From: Eledone cirrhosa
Taxonomy: Eukaryota
Direction: 5' to 3'
Length of the DNA: 64,000 nt
Assembly: GCA_964016885.1 (NCBI GenBank)
Contig: OZ024741.1
Location: forward strand, 228,718,001-228,782,000
Below are positions 11,421-24,557 of this stretch, in pieces; positions within the stretch are counted from its first letter, which is position 1; every line of letters begins with the position of its first letter. The notes beneath the pieces were generated by a model that ran no database searches, was not told the origin of the DNA, and worked only from the letters and a program-made list of their open reading frames with translations. The translations under genes were made by a program, and so were the position numbers.

Positions 11421-12420
11421 TTGTTATACTTTGGGAGGGTCATGTTGCCAATAAGAAACACACGCACCAGTTGCTTTCACTTCAATTTAATTTATTATAT
11501 ATTTATAAATTTACAAATTTATAAATTTCTGGTTGGTTGGTTGGTTCCACAACCAGATAGTTGTTTATATATATATAGTCATAGTTCTTTCGTCACACAC
11601 TCTGTGACCTCTTCAGTGACTGGGGATTTCTTTCTTCGTTCCTGTGCCTTTCCTTTCTTCTATCCTACGCCATTTTGTTTGTGTGTGGGTTGCGTGCTCC
11701 GTTTGCGCATGCGCCACATCCGGGTGTCTGTGTGTGTTTGTGTTCATTTTTCTATTTTTCTATTTATATTTTTCTATTTGTTTGTTTATTTATTTATTTA
11801 TTGTTGGTTGGTTGTTTGTTCTATGTGTGTGTGTGTTTTCATTTTGCCTTGTGTGTGTTTTCATTTTGTGTGTGTTTTCAATTGTAAGTTGTTTGTTCTA
11901 TGTGTGTGTGTGTTTTCATTTTGTCCTTAATTGTAAGTTGTGATGTTGCTGTTCCACTCATATTTTCTATTTAATTTTGGTTTTAATTCTTTTATGCTTA
12001 CTGCCTCTGTAATTTGCCTAAACATTGCGTCTTTCTTGTGTGTGGATTCTATTTTTATTTCTATGCTCTCTAATTTACCCCTGTGTTCTATCTTAGCATG
12101 TTGGTAGAGCACAGATGATTCTTTATTATCTTGGAGGTCTCGCCAGTGTTCATTTATTCGTTCCCCTATACTACGAGCTGTCTCACCTATGTACACTATA
12201 TTTTTGTTTCTACATTGTCCTTCAGTACATCTTATGCTATATACTACATTTCTAGTTTTACAGTTAATATGGGGGCTTATTTTACAGGTTATACATTTCT
12301 TATCTATACATGAGGGTCTTTGGAACGGGTATGTCTTGCTAATAAGTGTTTTTACGGAGGTACCAGGTCTTTCTACTATCTTTTCACCTTAGCGAATCTG
12401 GTCCCTTACGATTTGAACAA
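11421..12420 (-). mobile_element. 5'-truncated Penelope-like element (GIY-YIG end, 3' UTR/pLTR with hammerhead)
   Basis: Minus strand reads Cys-rich linker CIDKKCITCK...CKTRNVVYSIRC then YIGETARSIGERINEH...RQITEAVSI...LNRKYEW (ORF 11927-12196); hammerhead at 11577-11621; terminus shared with 17326-17421 and about 1500-1580. Confidence 0.8.
11577..11621 (-). ncRNA. Minimal type I hammerhead ribozyme motif
   Basis: Minus strand: AGTCA-CTGAAGA-G-GTCACA/GAGTG/TGTGAC-GAAA-GAAC-TA-TGACT; intact core, CUA site. Confidence 0.8.
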
Positions 12421-12516
12421 GTATATGTATATGTCTGTGTTCGTTTTTCTTTTATATTCAGTTATAATTATATATACGCATATGTATACAAACATTCACA
12501 CGTACACACGCACGCA

Positions 12517-12563
<47 letters not shown>

Positions 12564-12566
12564 CTA

Positions 12567-12628
<62 letters not shown>

Positions 12629-12637
12629 TAAATATAT

Positions 12638-13320
12638 AGTTTTAATATAGATGAGATTTTACAGGACTAGAACTGTTTCATTTGGCAGTATCGGTAGAGG
12701 GTCGGACGCCATGCTTTGACGCATAGAGTTACGGCCCTTGCCATTCTGAGTTCAAATCCCGCCGAGGTTAACTTTGCCTTTCATCCTTATGGGGTCGATA
12801 AAATAAAGTACCAGTAATACACTGGGTAATTGCTGGCCTTGTGCCAAAAGTAGAAACAATTATTTAGAAATTATCAGGAGTCTGGGTATCAAAAAATAAA
12901 TATGGTATTTATAGGTTTTTTCGGGTGGTAGGAGAGGGTGGGGAGTGGGATGGGTAGAGGTCATTGGTTGATAGAAAAGGGAATCTCATTAAAAGCTAAT
13001 TCTTTCAAGCTATAATTTATATTTAGAGTAACAAAGGCAGAAAGAATTCCATAAACAAGTTCAGAATGGGGTGCCACTCCTTATTTTTAAGTTTCTCTTA
13101 AGCTAACAATGCCTATATTTCAGGTGTCTATAAGATCGTTGGGGGTCAGTCATGGTTGATGGTTTTAAAGAAAAGGGAAATTCTTTAAAAGCTAATTCTT
13201 TAAGGTTCTACTTAGAGTGACAAAGGCCTAGAGAATTCTATAGACCAGTTCAAAGTATTGAGTGCCTATCATACCATTATCTTCAAGTTTCTCTTAAGCT
13301 ATATTCCAAATATCAACATA
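12638..13320 (-). mobile_element. Hammerhead-bearing non-coding repeat (copy of 20625-21170) interrupted by a SINE
   Basis: Reverse complement of 20625-21092; ribozyme split between 12682 and 12864. Confidence 0.8.
12683..12863 (+). mobile_element. tRNA-derived SINE, family 1
   Basis: A box, B box GAGTTCAAATCCC, body and AATTATT tail. Confidence 0.88.
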
Positions 13321-13441
13321 CACATTCAGAAACACACACACATGCGCCCCCCACCACCACCACACACATACATATATTCACATATATGCATGATACCATC
13401 AACACTATAAACACAGAGCTGACATATCTAAGAACTGACTA

Positions 13442-13497
13442 ACTGCCTGATGAGGTCATAGCCATTCAATGGCTATCATCGAAATATATATAGCAGT
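13442..13497 (+). ncRNA. Minimal type I hammerhead ribozyme motif
   Basis: ACTGC-CTGATGA-GGTCATAGCCATTCAATGGCTATCATC-GAAA-TATATA-TA-GCAGT; followed by AATAAA and a terminus running into (TA)n at about 13542. Confidence 0.8.
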
Positions 13498-13538
13498 AAA
13501 TAAAGGATTATGAGTTCATGCAATTGACTTTTGTTTCG

Positions 13539-13576
<38 letters not shown>

Positions 13577-13931
13577 CATACACATATACTTATATATATA
13601 TATATAAAAACATATATATATATATATACATACATATATATATAAATATATATATACACATATATATATACATATGAAATCCACCCAGCTTATGCTGATC
13701 GAATAACCATGTTGCTTGTTTTTCTTCCCATCTTCGGTTAGCTTTTCCTTCTATGTTGTTTACTTGTCTCACTCGCTTTACGCGTTTCACTTGTCCCAAT
13801 AGCTTATTTTAGTTATTGCTCGCACCAACCTGAGGTATATGATTTTTAATGCGATGAAATACCAATGATCGTTGGCAAATCACTGATGAAGGACTAATTT
13901 TATAATATGTAATCCATGTGCAACCATGCAG

Positions 13932-14061
<130 letters not shown>

Positions 14062-14085
14062 GACATATACACACATATATACACA

Positions 14086-14694
14086 CATGGTGGCTGCCAA
14101 CTCGTTTTCGAGTACGGCCACTACTTTATATCCATGTAGGAGAACCCTTACCGATGCGCTGAACGAGTGTGACTTTTTAGTCCAGCCAGCGACTTGAAAA
14201 CTCTGGTACAAACACTACACTTGTGACAATTATTGACACATAGTGCTGGGCCCATGGTACCATGCGACGACAAGTGCAGAGAGATCTCCAGATATAAAGC
14301 AATGCCTGTGCCGTGAAGCTTTTATAGTGAGCAAAGGCACTGCCAAAGCCAGTCCCACTCTCTTAACCAAGATGATATTTACCAAAAAGAAGAACAAATC
14401 AACATCATTGGATACCATCAGGGTTGCAGGTGTTATATCAGAGTTTACCTTCTCCTAGAATTCTGCCTTGACAAAGGCTAAGAGGTCATCTCTCACGGTG
14501 ATTTTGGATGGCCATTGACTGTTAAGAGCTCATTCTCCCTTTGACAGGTTTTGTTTTTAGTCCTGCAGGATGTCCAAAGTCACCCTACTCACCAAGAAAC
14601 CTTGGTGGGTTGCCAGTTTAGTCACCAACGACTCGACCATGAGACAGGTTGTACTGGAATACATGTTACCAGTAGCACCAACTGGTGACCTGAC
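14086..14694 (-). mobile_element. Non-coding ~600-bp retroposon (RTE-related), near full-length
   Basis: Longest copy of the family also at 261-654 and 26213-27052; no ORF; flanked by TA/CA microsatellite. Confidence 0.7.
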
Positions 14695-14722
14695 ATACAC
14701 ACATACATATATATACATACAT

Positions 14723-14795
<73 letters not shown>

Positions 14796-14954
14796 TATAT
14801 ATACATATATACATATATACACGTATGCATATATACATATATATATATATATACACACACATATATATATATACACATACATATAAATACATACATATAC
14901 ACACATACACACACACATAAATATATATATATATATACATATACATACACACAC

Positions 14955-14985
<31 letters not shown>

Positions 14986-15134
14986 GTAATAATAATATAT
15001 ATATATAGTAATAATAATGAATTTGAAGACTATATATATATATAAATATATATATATAAAAATAAATAAATACATACACAGATATATACATCTATACATA
15101 CATACACATACATATACACATACACATATACATA

Positions 15135-15208
<74 letters not shown>

Positions 15209-15233
15209 GATACACACATACATATATATATAC

Positions 15234-15306
<73 letters not shown>

Positions 15307-15540
15307 AATATATACATATATACACACATACATACATATACACATATATACATATATATATATATACATATATACACACATACACACACATACATACATA
15401 TACACATATATACATATATATATATACACACACACTCACACACACATATATATATATATACATATACACATATACATACACATACACACACATACATATA
15501 TATATACAAATAAGTACTCATAAATATACGCATATACACA
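14695..15540. repeat. (TA)n/(CA)n low-complexity tract
   Basis: Direct reading. Confidence 0.95.
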
Positions 15541-15544
15541 GGCA

Positions 15545-17145
15545 CATAAAAACAGCTCTACAAGCAGAAAACCTTTATACTCTGAATAACGTACCTTTTA
15601 GCACTCTCTGTGCCCCTTATAACCATCATCAAGAAACTATGCTCAGTAAGAAGATCCTAGATGGAGCAGAACATCTGCGGCAATATCCTGGTTCCAAGAA
15701 TTACCCGACAAACGCAACACTCGCTTCCTGCAACTCGACATAGAAAACTACCATGCTTCTATCTCGGAGCCCCTCCTGTATGACGCAATTACCTTAGCCA
15801 CGAATTTTACCACCATTACCGATGCTGAGCAAGTTGTTATCCTCCACGCCCGTAAGACCTTTCTATACCACGATGGATCTTACTGGATCAACAAGAAGTC
15901 TCAGACCACATTTGACGTCAGCATGGGAGCGAATGACTCGGCTGAAATTAGCGACCTTGTGGGCTTGTACATTTTACATAACATGAAGAACCTCTTTACC
16001 GGCCTAACCGGAGGTTTATACCGAGACGACGGCCTCTTCGCCCTGCACAAGGTTAACCCCAGAACCACCGATGGGTTTCGGAGAAACTTAAGCTCGTTCA
16101 TCTCTAATCTATGATTTAGTATAACTATAGAATCTAATATGACTAGGGTCAACTTCTTAGATGTCACTCTCGATCTAGATACTTCCCTCTATTACCCGTA
16201 CCACAAACCTAACGAGTCCCTTAGATATATTAATGTTAATTCTAACCACCCCAAAAACATCACTGATAACTTAGTAAAAAGCGTCTCTATTAGTATCTCT
16301 GGCCTCTCTGCCAACGAAGATATTTTTAACGCCTTTGCCTCCTACTACAATGACGTCTTCGCCCGCAGCGGATTTAAAGAAACGATAACCTACCTAGAAA
16401 CGACCGCAAGATTGCAGAGGAGGAATAGGCTTAGGCAGATTAGCTGGTACAACCATCCCTTCAATAGAGAGGTCTCTACACCGATAGCTAGGATTTTCTT
16501 CACTTTGCTGAAAACACACTTCCCCATACAACATAGGTACTACACCATCTTTAATAAGAACACAATAAGACTCTCCTACTCCACTACACCTAACCTAGCT
16601 AGGAATATAGCCAACCACAATTCTAAAAAATTAAATAAGCCAACCACCTCCGAACCCAATCCCCGGACTGGGTTCTTGTGTAATTGCCTAAATAAGGAAG
16701 CCTGCCCACTTGAAAACAATGCCTGACAAATGATATCGTATACAAATGCGATGTCATCTCAGGCACTGATGATCGCAATAACAAAAAGACTTACATCGGC
16801 ATGACTTCCAATACCCACTGCTTCAGAAGACCGGACAAATCAAACCAGACAACACTCGCCTCTTATGTTTGGTACCTCAAAAGGAACTCCACCCCCTTCA
16901 CGCTTAAATGGAAAATACTCAAGAAAAGCGCGCTCTTACATCGGAGGACACAAGGGCTGCGACCTTTGTATCTCAGAGAGCTATGAAATTTTATTCGCCA
17001 AAGGACGTTACTGAACAAACTCTCTGAACACTGCCCGAACTGCATGCACAAGAACTTTGCAACTTTCAAATACCTTAAGCCAGTGTTAATGCCCGATGGC
17101 TAAAAACGACTTCCCCCTTTTAGCCCGTCTACCTCCTTCCCACCC
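15545..17145 (+). pseudogene. Penelope-like retroelement (Naiad-like), RT + GIY-YIG, 5'-truncated and disrupted
   Basis: [61 protein letters not shown] (CxCx5C), DIVYKC...TYIG, C-terminal CDLC; one in-frame stop and several frameshifts. Confidence 0.88.
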
Positions 17146-17236
17146 CATATATGTGTGTGTGTGTGTTTGTGTGTGTATATATATATATTTATATGTGTGT
17201 ATATACGTGTATATGTATGTATGTGTGTATATATGT

Positions 17237-17268
<32 letters not shown>

Positions 17269-17325
17269 TTCGTTTCTGAATTTGTTTAGCAAGACTCTTT
17301 ATCTGAAAACGTGTGTTGAAACCGT

Positions 17326-17421
17326 TATTGTTATACTTTGGGAGGGTCATGTTGCCAATAAGAAACACATGCACCAGTGTGTTTCTTATTGGCAACATGA
17401 CCCGCCCAAAGTATAACAATA
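17326..17421. repeat. 96-bp fold-back palindrome of a Penelope-type terminus
   Basis: TATTGTTATACTTTGGGAGGGTCATGTTGCCAATAAGAAACACA-loop-reverse complement; arm matches 11419-11462. Confidence 0.85.
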
Positions 17422-17645
17422 TATATATATATACACACACACATATATATATATATGTGTGTGTGTGTGTATATATATATATATGTATGTAGTGTATGTA
17501 TGTATATATATATATGTATATATATGTATATATATATATGTATGATATGTGTATGTGTATGTGTATATGCATGTATGTGTATGTGTATGTATGTATATAT
17601 GTGTATATCTGTGTATGTATTTTATTATTTTTATATACATATATT

Positions 17646-17723
<78 letters not shown>

Positions 17724-17727
<4 letters not shown>

Positions 17728-17911
17728 GTTTCTACATTTGGCACAAGGCCAGCAATTACCCAGTACATTACTGGTACTTTATTTTATCGACCCCGTAAGG
17801 ATGAAAGGCAAAGTTAACCTCGGCGGGATTTGAACTCAGACTGTAAAGGGACGTAACTATGCTGGAAAGCATGGCGTCCAACCCTCTACCGATACTGCCA
17901 ATTCACCGCCC
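17724..17911 (-). mobile_element. tRNA-derived SINE, family 1
   Basis: Reverse complement of 12683-12863 with full head GGGCGGTGAATTGGCAGTATCGG. Confidence 0.88.
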
Positions 17912-17914
17912 TTT

Positions 17915-18014
17915 TAATTAATTGTAAATGACACTTTGAGTGTATACTCTAAATATTATATATATATATATAATATTTAGAGTATACACTCAAAGAGTGA
18001 TTTACAATTAATTA
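17915..18014. repeat. 100-bp palindrome centred on (TA)n
   Basis: TAATTAATTGTAAAT..CACTTTGAGTGTATACTCTAAATATT-(AT)n-reverse complement; right arm related to 24475-24540. Confidence 0.8.
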
Positions 18015-18554
18015 GCTCAAAGAAAGAAGCATTATATTAACTTGTATATATATATATATATATGTGTATGTGTGTGTGTGTCTGTATGTGTATATGTGTG
18101 TGTATATATGTGTGTATATATATTCATTTATATATGTATGTATGTGTATGTTTTTGTATATGTGTGTATATATGTATGTATGTATATGTGTGTGTATTTC
18201 TGTGTGTATATATGTGTGTATATATATATATATGTGTATATATATATGTATATATATATATATATATATGTATATGTGTGTGTATGTGTGTGTGTTTATG
18301 TGTATATATATGTATATATATATATTTATATATGCATACGTGTATATACGTACATATGTATATATATGTGTGTATATATATATATGTGTATGTATGTATA
18401 TGTATGTATTTGTGTATGTGTCGATATATGTGTGTATATGTGTATGTATGTGTATATATATATTTATATATATATATGTGTGTTTATGTATATATATATC
18501 TATATATATATATATATGTGTGTGTGTATATATATGAATGTGTATATATATATG

Positions 18555-18621
<67 letters not shown>

Positions 18622-18678
18622 GTGTGTGTATATATATATAAGTATATGTGTGGTATGTATATATATATATATATATAT

Positions 18679-19568
18679 GCAAAAGTTCTATTTAAAATTG
18701 TTGGGATACAACAAGTAAATATTTTATAACTGATATAAAGCACTCGACAAGTTTTTGGAGTAGATATACGATATTAATAAATGGAAACTATATTTATAAA
18801 ACCATATTTATTTCATTATACATATTTCAGGGATACCAAATTAAAATATGGTATGCCTTCATCAGACAAAATACAATATATAAACAGTTTTATAAATAAT
18901 TTTGACGTACCCTATTAAATGCAACCATTATTTTTGGAAGCTGTCTGGATAGTGAAATGTTTATATTATTTTATTAGTTATAGTGTTAAGCACAATTAGA
19001 AAATGACGGAGAGAAAGAAAGAAAGAAAACAGAGATAGAGAAGGAGAGAGAAAGAAGGAGAGAGAGAAAAAGAAAACCTGGAGAAATATCGGAGAGAGAG
19101 AGAAATGTATGTAGAAAAGAAATAGATAAATAGATAGGAGGAAATAAAAAAGAAAGAAAAAAAGTAAGAAATAAGAAAAACAAAGGAAAGCAACAGAGAG
19201 ATAATAAGTCATCATACAGATAGAAAAACTCAAGAGAGAGAAAATACTATATAGAGAGAGGGGGGAGATAGTGACAACTTTACGTCATGTCATATTAAGT
19301 TGAGTTAAAATTTATATGAAATGAATAATAAAAATATAAATATCAATATTCATGAATGGGACATAGATATATAACATGAGAAAATAACATTGTTCAATAA
19401 TGACCATATGTTTAGTTTAAAAATTTGAGATCAATATACCATATATAAAACTGTTTATATATTGTATTTTGTCTGATGAAGGCATACCATATTTTAATTT
19501 GGTATCCCTGAAATATGTATAATGAAATAAATATGGTTTTATAAATATAGTTTCCATTTATTAATATC

Positions 19569-19570
<2 letters not shown>
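18679..19570. mobile_element. Inverted pLTR-like pair, each arm with a hammerhead-like core
   Basis: 18767-18892 and 19443-19570 are near-perfect inverted repeats containing CTGATGAAGGCATACCA...TGGTATCCCTGAAA; stem I pairing imperfect; related to 63230-63451; (TA)n on both sides. Confidence 0.75.
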
Positions 19571-20538
<968 letters not shown>

Positions 20539-20624
20539 CATATATGTATATATGTGTATATATGTATGTGTGTGTGGGGGGGGGCGCTTGTGTGTGTGTG
20601 AGTATGTGTGTCTGTGAATGTGTC

Positions 20625-21170
20625 TGTTGACATTTGGAATACAGCTTAAGAGAAACTTGAAGATAATGGTATGATAGGCACTCAATACTTTGAACTGGTC
20701 TATAGAATTCTCCAGGCCTTTGTCACTCTAAGTAGAACCTTAAAGAATTAGCTTTTAAAAAATTTCCCTTTTCTTTAAATGCATCAACCATGACGGACCC
20801 CCAACGATCTTATAGACACCTGAAATATAGGCATTGTTAGCTTAAGAGAAACTTAAAAATAAGGAGTGGCATCCCATTCTGAACTTGTTTATAGAATTCT
20901 TTCCTCCTTTGTTACTCTAAATATAAATTATAGCTTGAAAGAAATGACCTCTACCTATCCCACTCTCCACCCTCTCCTACCACCTGAAGAGGCCTATAAA
21001 TACCATATTTATTTTTTGATACCCAGATTCCTGATGATTTCTAAAGAATGAAACAGTTCTAGTTCTGTAGAATCTCATCTATATTAAAACTTTTATACTC
21101 TGCTATGTATTGAGTACCTTACTTACTGTGGTTACCTCCGATTCCACCCGGAATAACGTATATAAATATA
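20625..21170 (+). mobile_element. Hammerhead-bearing non-coding repeat
   Basis: Second copy at 12638-13320; internal repeat of TTAAGAGAAACTT...TGAACT(G/T)GT.TATAGAATTCT..TTTGT.ACTCTAA; ends in (TA)n. Confidence 0.8.
21025..21075 (+). ncRNA. Type I hammerhead ribozyme motif
   Basis: AGATTC-CTGATGA-TTTCTAAAGAAT-GAAA-CAG/TTCTAGTT/CTG-TA-GAATCT; intact core, GUA site. Confidence 0.78.
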
Positions 21171-21191
21171 TATATATATATATGTACATAC

Positions 21192-21276
<85 letters not shown>

Positions 21277-21349
21277 GTATGATATATACATATGTATGCA
21301 TATACACACACGTGTGTGTGTGTGTGTGTGTGTGTATATTTGTATGTAT

Positions 21350-21990
21350 ACCCAAGCTATCACCAATAACGAAACAGGCGTAGCATCATTAAGTGACTTA
21401 GTGTTATAACATAACTCTAAATTTACCACTTTCTGCCCCATGTAGATGTTTCTACAAATTACTCAAAGGCATTTCTCGACGCTACACAAATATTACGAGA
21501 TATTTAACAGAAATAGAATTAAACATTTTCATTCACCCACGACCAATTTCGTTTTGAGCAAAGCTATATTTCTCTAAACTTCACACTAGCATTCTAAATA
21601 TCTCAAGTATTCTCTGTAATTGTCCTAACCGAAACTCCTGCCCTGCCAATTTGCAATGCCAAACGAAAGACATTATCTACAAATGCTCTGTTATAAATGG
21701 TTCTTACACCTTTATAGTTATGACGTTGAATCACTTTAAAACTAGATACTTTTCACGTAGTCATACTTTCCGAAACCTAAGCAATCATCCCAGATGCATA
21801 TATCTGTGAAGTTAATACATGTCATTATCCTTCCAGCTTGTGTAGAAAGTCTAAAGGACGACGAACTCGTATTACTGAAATAGGAACCCCTGTGAACCTG
21901 TACAGTGAAGAGCTTCGAAATACTGTTTACTACGAACAAACTCCGAGTGCTTCCTTCATATACACAGGATTTTTGTAACATATATACACT
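21350..21990 (+). pseudogene. Highly decayed Penelope-like (Naiad-like) linker/GIY-YIG relic
   Basis: KYYEIFNRNRIK and CNCPNRNSCPANLQCQTKDIIYKC readable at about 21488-21690. Confidence 0.65.
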
Positions 21991-22068
21991 TTAACCTGAT
22001 AAACCACCCCCACAACCATATACAACCGCTAATGAATATGCATGTTTGACAATAACTTATTTTAACTT

Positions 22069-22236
22069 CCGTGTTTCCCGACGTCGAAGACGCTACTTTT
22101 TTTTAAAAATAAGTCTCAAAAATCTAACATTCGTCCTGGAGGCCGAAGGTTCTTTATTATCTTTTTTCAAATTTTTGGTTGTAAAAATTAGGGTGTGTCC
22201 TCGAGGAGGAAGCCTCTTCGGCGCCGGGAAATACGG
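22069..22236. mobile_element. Tc1/mariner-pogo-type MITE
   Basis: About 25-bp TIRs CCGTGTTTCCCGACGTCGAAGACGC / GCCTCTTCGGCGCCGGGAAATACGG; TA on the right flank. Confidence 0.7.
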
Positions 22237-22674
22237 TACCTATCTTTACACACATACACGCACACATATATGTGTGCGTATGTGTTTGTGAACTTGTGTG
22301 TGCGCGTATGTGTGTGTGAGCATGCGTGTGTGTGTATGCGTGTGTGTATGTGTGCATGTTGAAATTCCAAAATGCAATAGTAAATTCTATTTTGATAGTT
22401 TCTTCCTTTGCACATCTCGCCTATGGAATTCTCCTCCAGCTTCTTGCTTTCCTGACCACTATAATTTCTAAAATTTCAAAAGCAACATCAATCGCCATCA
22501 CTCCCCTTGATTTATCTTCTCTCTGTCTTGTCATTTTCCTTTCTCAGCAACATTGAATTTTAGTGGCTTTATTGCCTTGTTCGGGGTGAGCAAAATATTA
22601 TAAAATTATAAAAACTGAAAGTACCATCATGTATAAGATTGCATGAAGAGAAATAGAAAAAGAAATCAGTGAGA

Positions 22675-23110
22675 TTGTGAGAGAGGGGGAGAATAGTGAG
22701 AGAGAGAGAGAGAGAGAGAAGGAGAGAGAGAGAGTGAAAGAGACAGAGAGAGTGAGAGGGAGAGAGAAAGAGAGTGTGTGTGTGTGTGTGAGAGTGAGAA
22801 AGGGAGAGAGAGAGGGAGAGAGGGAGAGAGGGAGAGAGAGAAGAAGCGAGTGTGAGAGAGAGGGGTAGAGAGAGACAGAGACAGGGAACGAGAGAGAGAG
22901 AGGGGAGACAGAGACAATGAGAGAGAGAGAGAGAGAAAGGGAGAGAGAGAGAGAGAGGGAGAGAGAGAGAGAGAGAGAGATGTGTCTGTTTCAATTCATC
23001 TTTCTACTATGTAGTGCGCATTTAGTTGCAGTCATTTGAATTTAATGTGAATGGTGGTTTACTGTGGCGTATAGTAGAAGGAAGTAACCTGTAGATAGAC
23101 TTGTGGTTAA

Positions 23111-23173
<63 letters not shown>

Positions 23174-23345
23174 TCTCTCTCTCTCTCTCTCTCATTGTCT
23201 CTGTCTCCCCTCTCTCTCTCTCTCGCTCCCTGTCTCTGTCTCTCTCTACCCCTCTCTCTCTCACACTCTCTTCTCTCTCTTTCTATCTATCTCCCTCTCT
23301 CCCGCTCTCTGTATATACCTCTCTCTCACTCTCTCTCTCTCCCCT

Positions 23346-23376
<31 letters not shown>

Positions 23377-23429
23377 CTCTCTGTGGCGTATAGTAGAATG
23401 AAGTAACGTGTAGATAGACTTGTGGTTAA
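22675..23429. repeat. (GA)n-rich tract and its inverted (CT)n copy flanked by a 49-bp direct repeat
   Basis: Distinctive interruptions of 22755-22980 appear in reverse complement at 23112-23380; CTGTGGCGTATAGTAGAA...TTGTGGTTAA at 23062-23110 and 23381-23429. Confidence 0.75.
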
Positions 23430-23732
23430 GAAATGCCTTTGTGAATGCGGACTTAACCCAGATGGGGACAAAGATATAGTTGAAGATGATAGATATTTGC
23501 CGTATCGTGGCGGTAGTGCTGATGGGGGAGGAAAGAGGTATTGGTGATGCTGGTTATTATATAATATACACGTTCATATTGGTAGCTCCAATTTTTTTTT
23601 TCAATACACCTCCGATGATCATGAAGTTTCAGAACATTTTTTCTTAGCTTCGTACGGACCTATGATAACACACACACACCCACACCACAAACACACACAC
23701 ACACAAACACACGCGCACACACACACACACAT

Positions 23733-23852
<120 letters not shown>

Positions 23853-23922
23853 ATTTTTACCTAAAAACATTTTTTACAATTCCATGCCGCCCGTCCCTTA
23901 ATCTATTTTATTTCTCATTCTT

Positions 23923-23958
23923 TCTTCTGATGAAGGACTAGCGTCCGAAACGTTAAGA
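23923..23958 (+). ncRNA. Minimal type I hammerhead ribozyme motif
   Basis: TCTT-CTGATGA-A-GGAC/TAGC/GTCC-GAAACGTT-AAGA; palindromic AACGTT stem III; part of repeat 23900-24046. Confidence 0.8.
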
Positions 23959-24249
23959 CCCTCTTTCTGCTATATCAAGCGTTAACCTAATATATACCTT
24001 CCATACACTGTACCAATTGTGTTGCTATTTCTGTTTACCTTTTACTGACAAGATAATACCACCCCACTCCTAACTGACTAACCTCAGTGTCACGTGATTG
24101 ATTCTTTAGAATCCACCACTGACCAGAGGCAGTGAACTTTTTCAGTGCTATGGAATTTAGTCCCCGCTAGCTTATTACATCCACTGAATTATTATTTTTA
24201 TATGGGTTCCTAGTGTCCGCGCATTGCCTGGGAATTTAGCTGAGAATAG

Positions 24250-24331
24250 ACTCCCTGATGACGTAATGAATTCTCGATAGTTACATTGTGTAACTATATT
24301 TATCCCATTACAGAAACTAATTAGTTGGAGT
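24250..24331 (+). ncRNA. Type I hammerhead ribozyme motif with extended stem II
   Basis: ACTCC-CTGATGA-C-GTAATG...ATAGTTACA/TTG/TGTAACTAT...CATTAC-A-GAAA-CTAATTAG-TT-GGAGT. Confidence 0.78.
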
Positions 24332-24390
24332 GAAAATTTTAGTAAGTTAATTTTTAATTTTTAAAATTTTCTTATTTTACGTCTTTCATA

Positions 24391-24474
<84 letters not shown>

Positions 24475-24557
24475 TATATATATAGATTTATAAACTCAAA
24501 TAGTCTTTTACAATTAAATAGCTCAAAGAAAGGAATATTTCTGAGCCGTGTAATACA

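Noticed and set aside
16112-16114. In-frame TGA in a Naiad-like PLE as possible selenocysteine (reported for some Naiads)
   Set aside because: It falls in the RT at a position normally Gly (L-G-L/F-x-I-T-I-E), not a Cys site, and the copy has other disabling frameshifts; no SECIS recognised.
14557-18743. Long [12 protein letters not shown] ORFs (e.g. 292 aa at 14557-15435, 243 aa at 18012-18743)
   Set aside because: Stop-free translations of (TA)n/(CA)n microsatellites; no coding signal.
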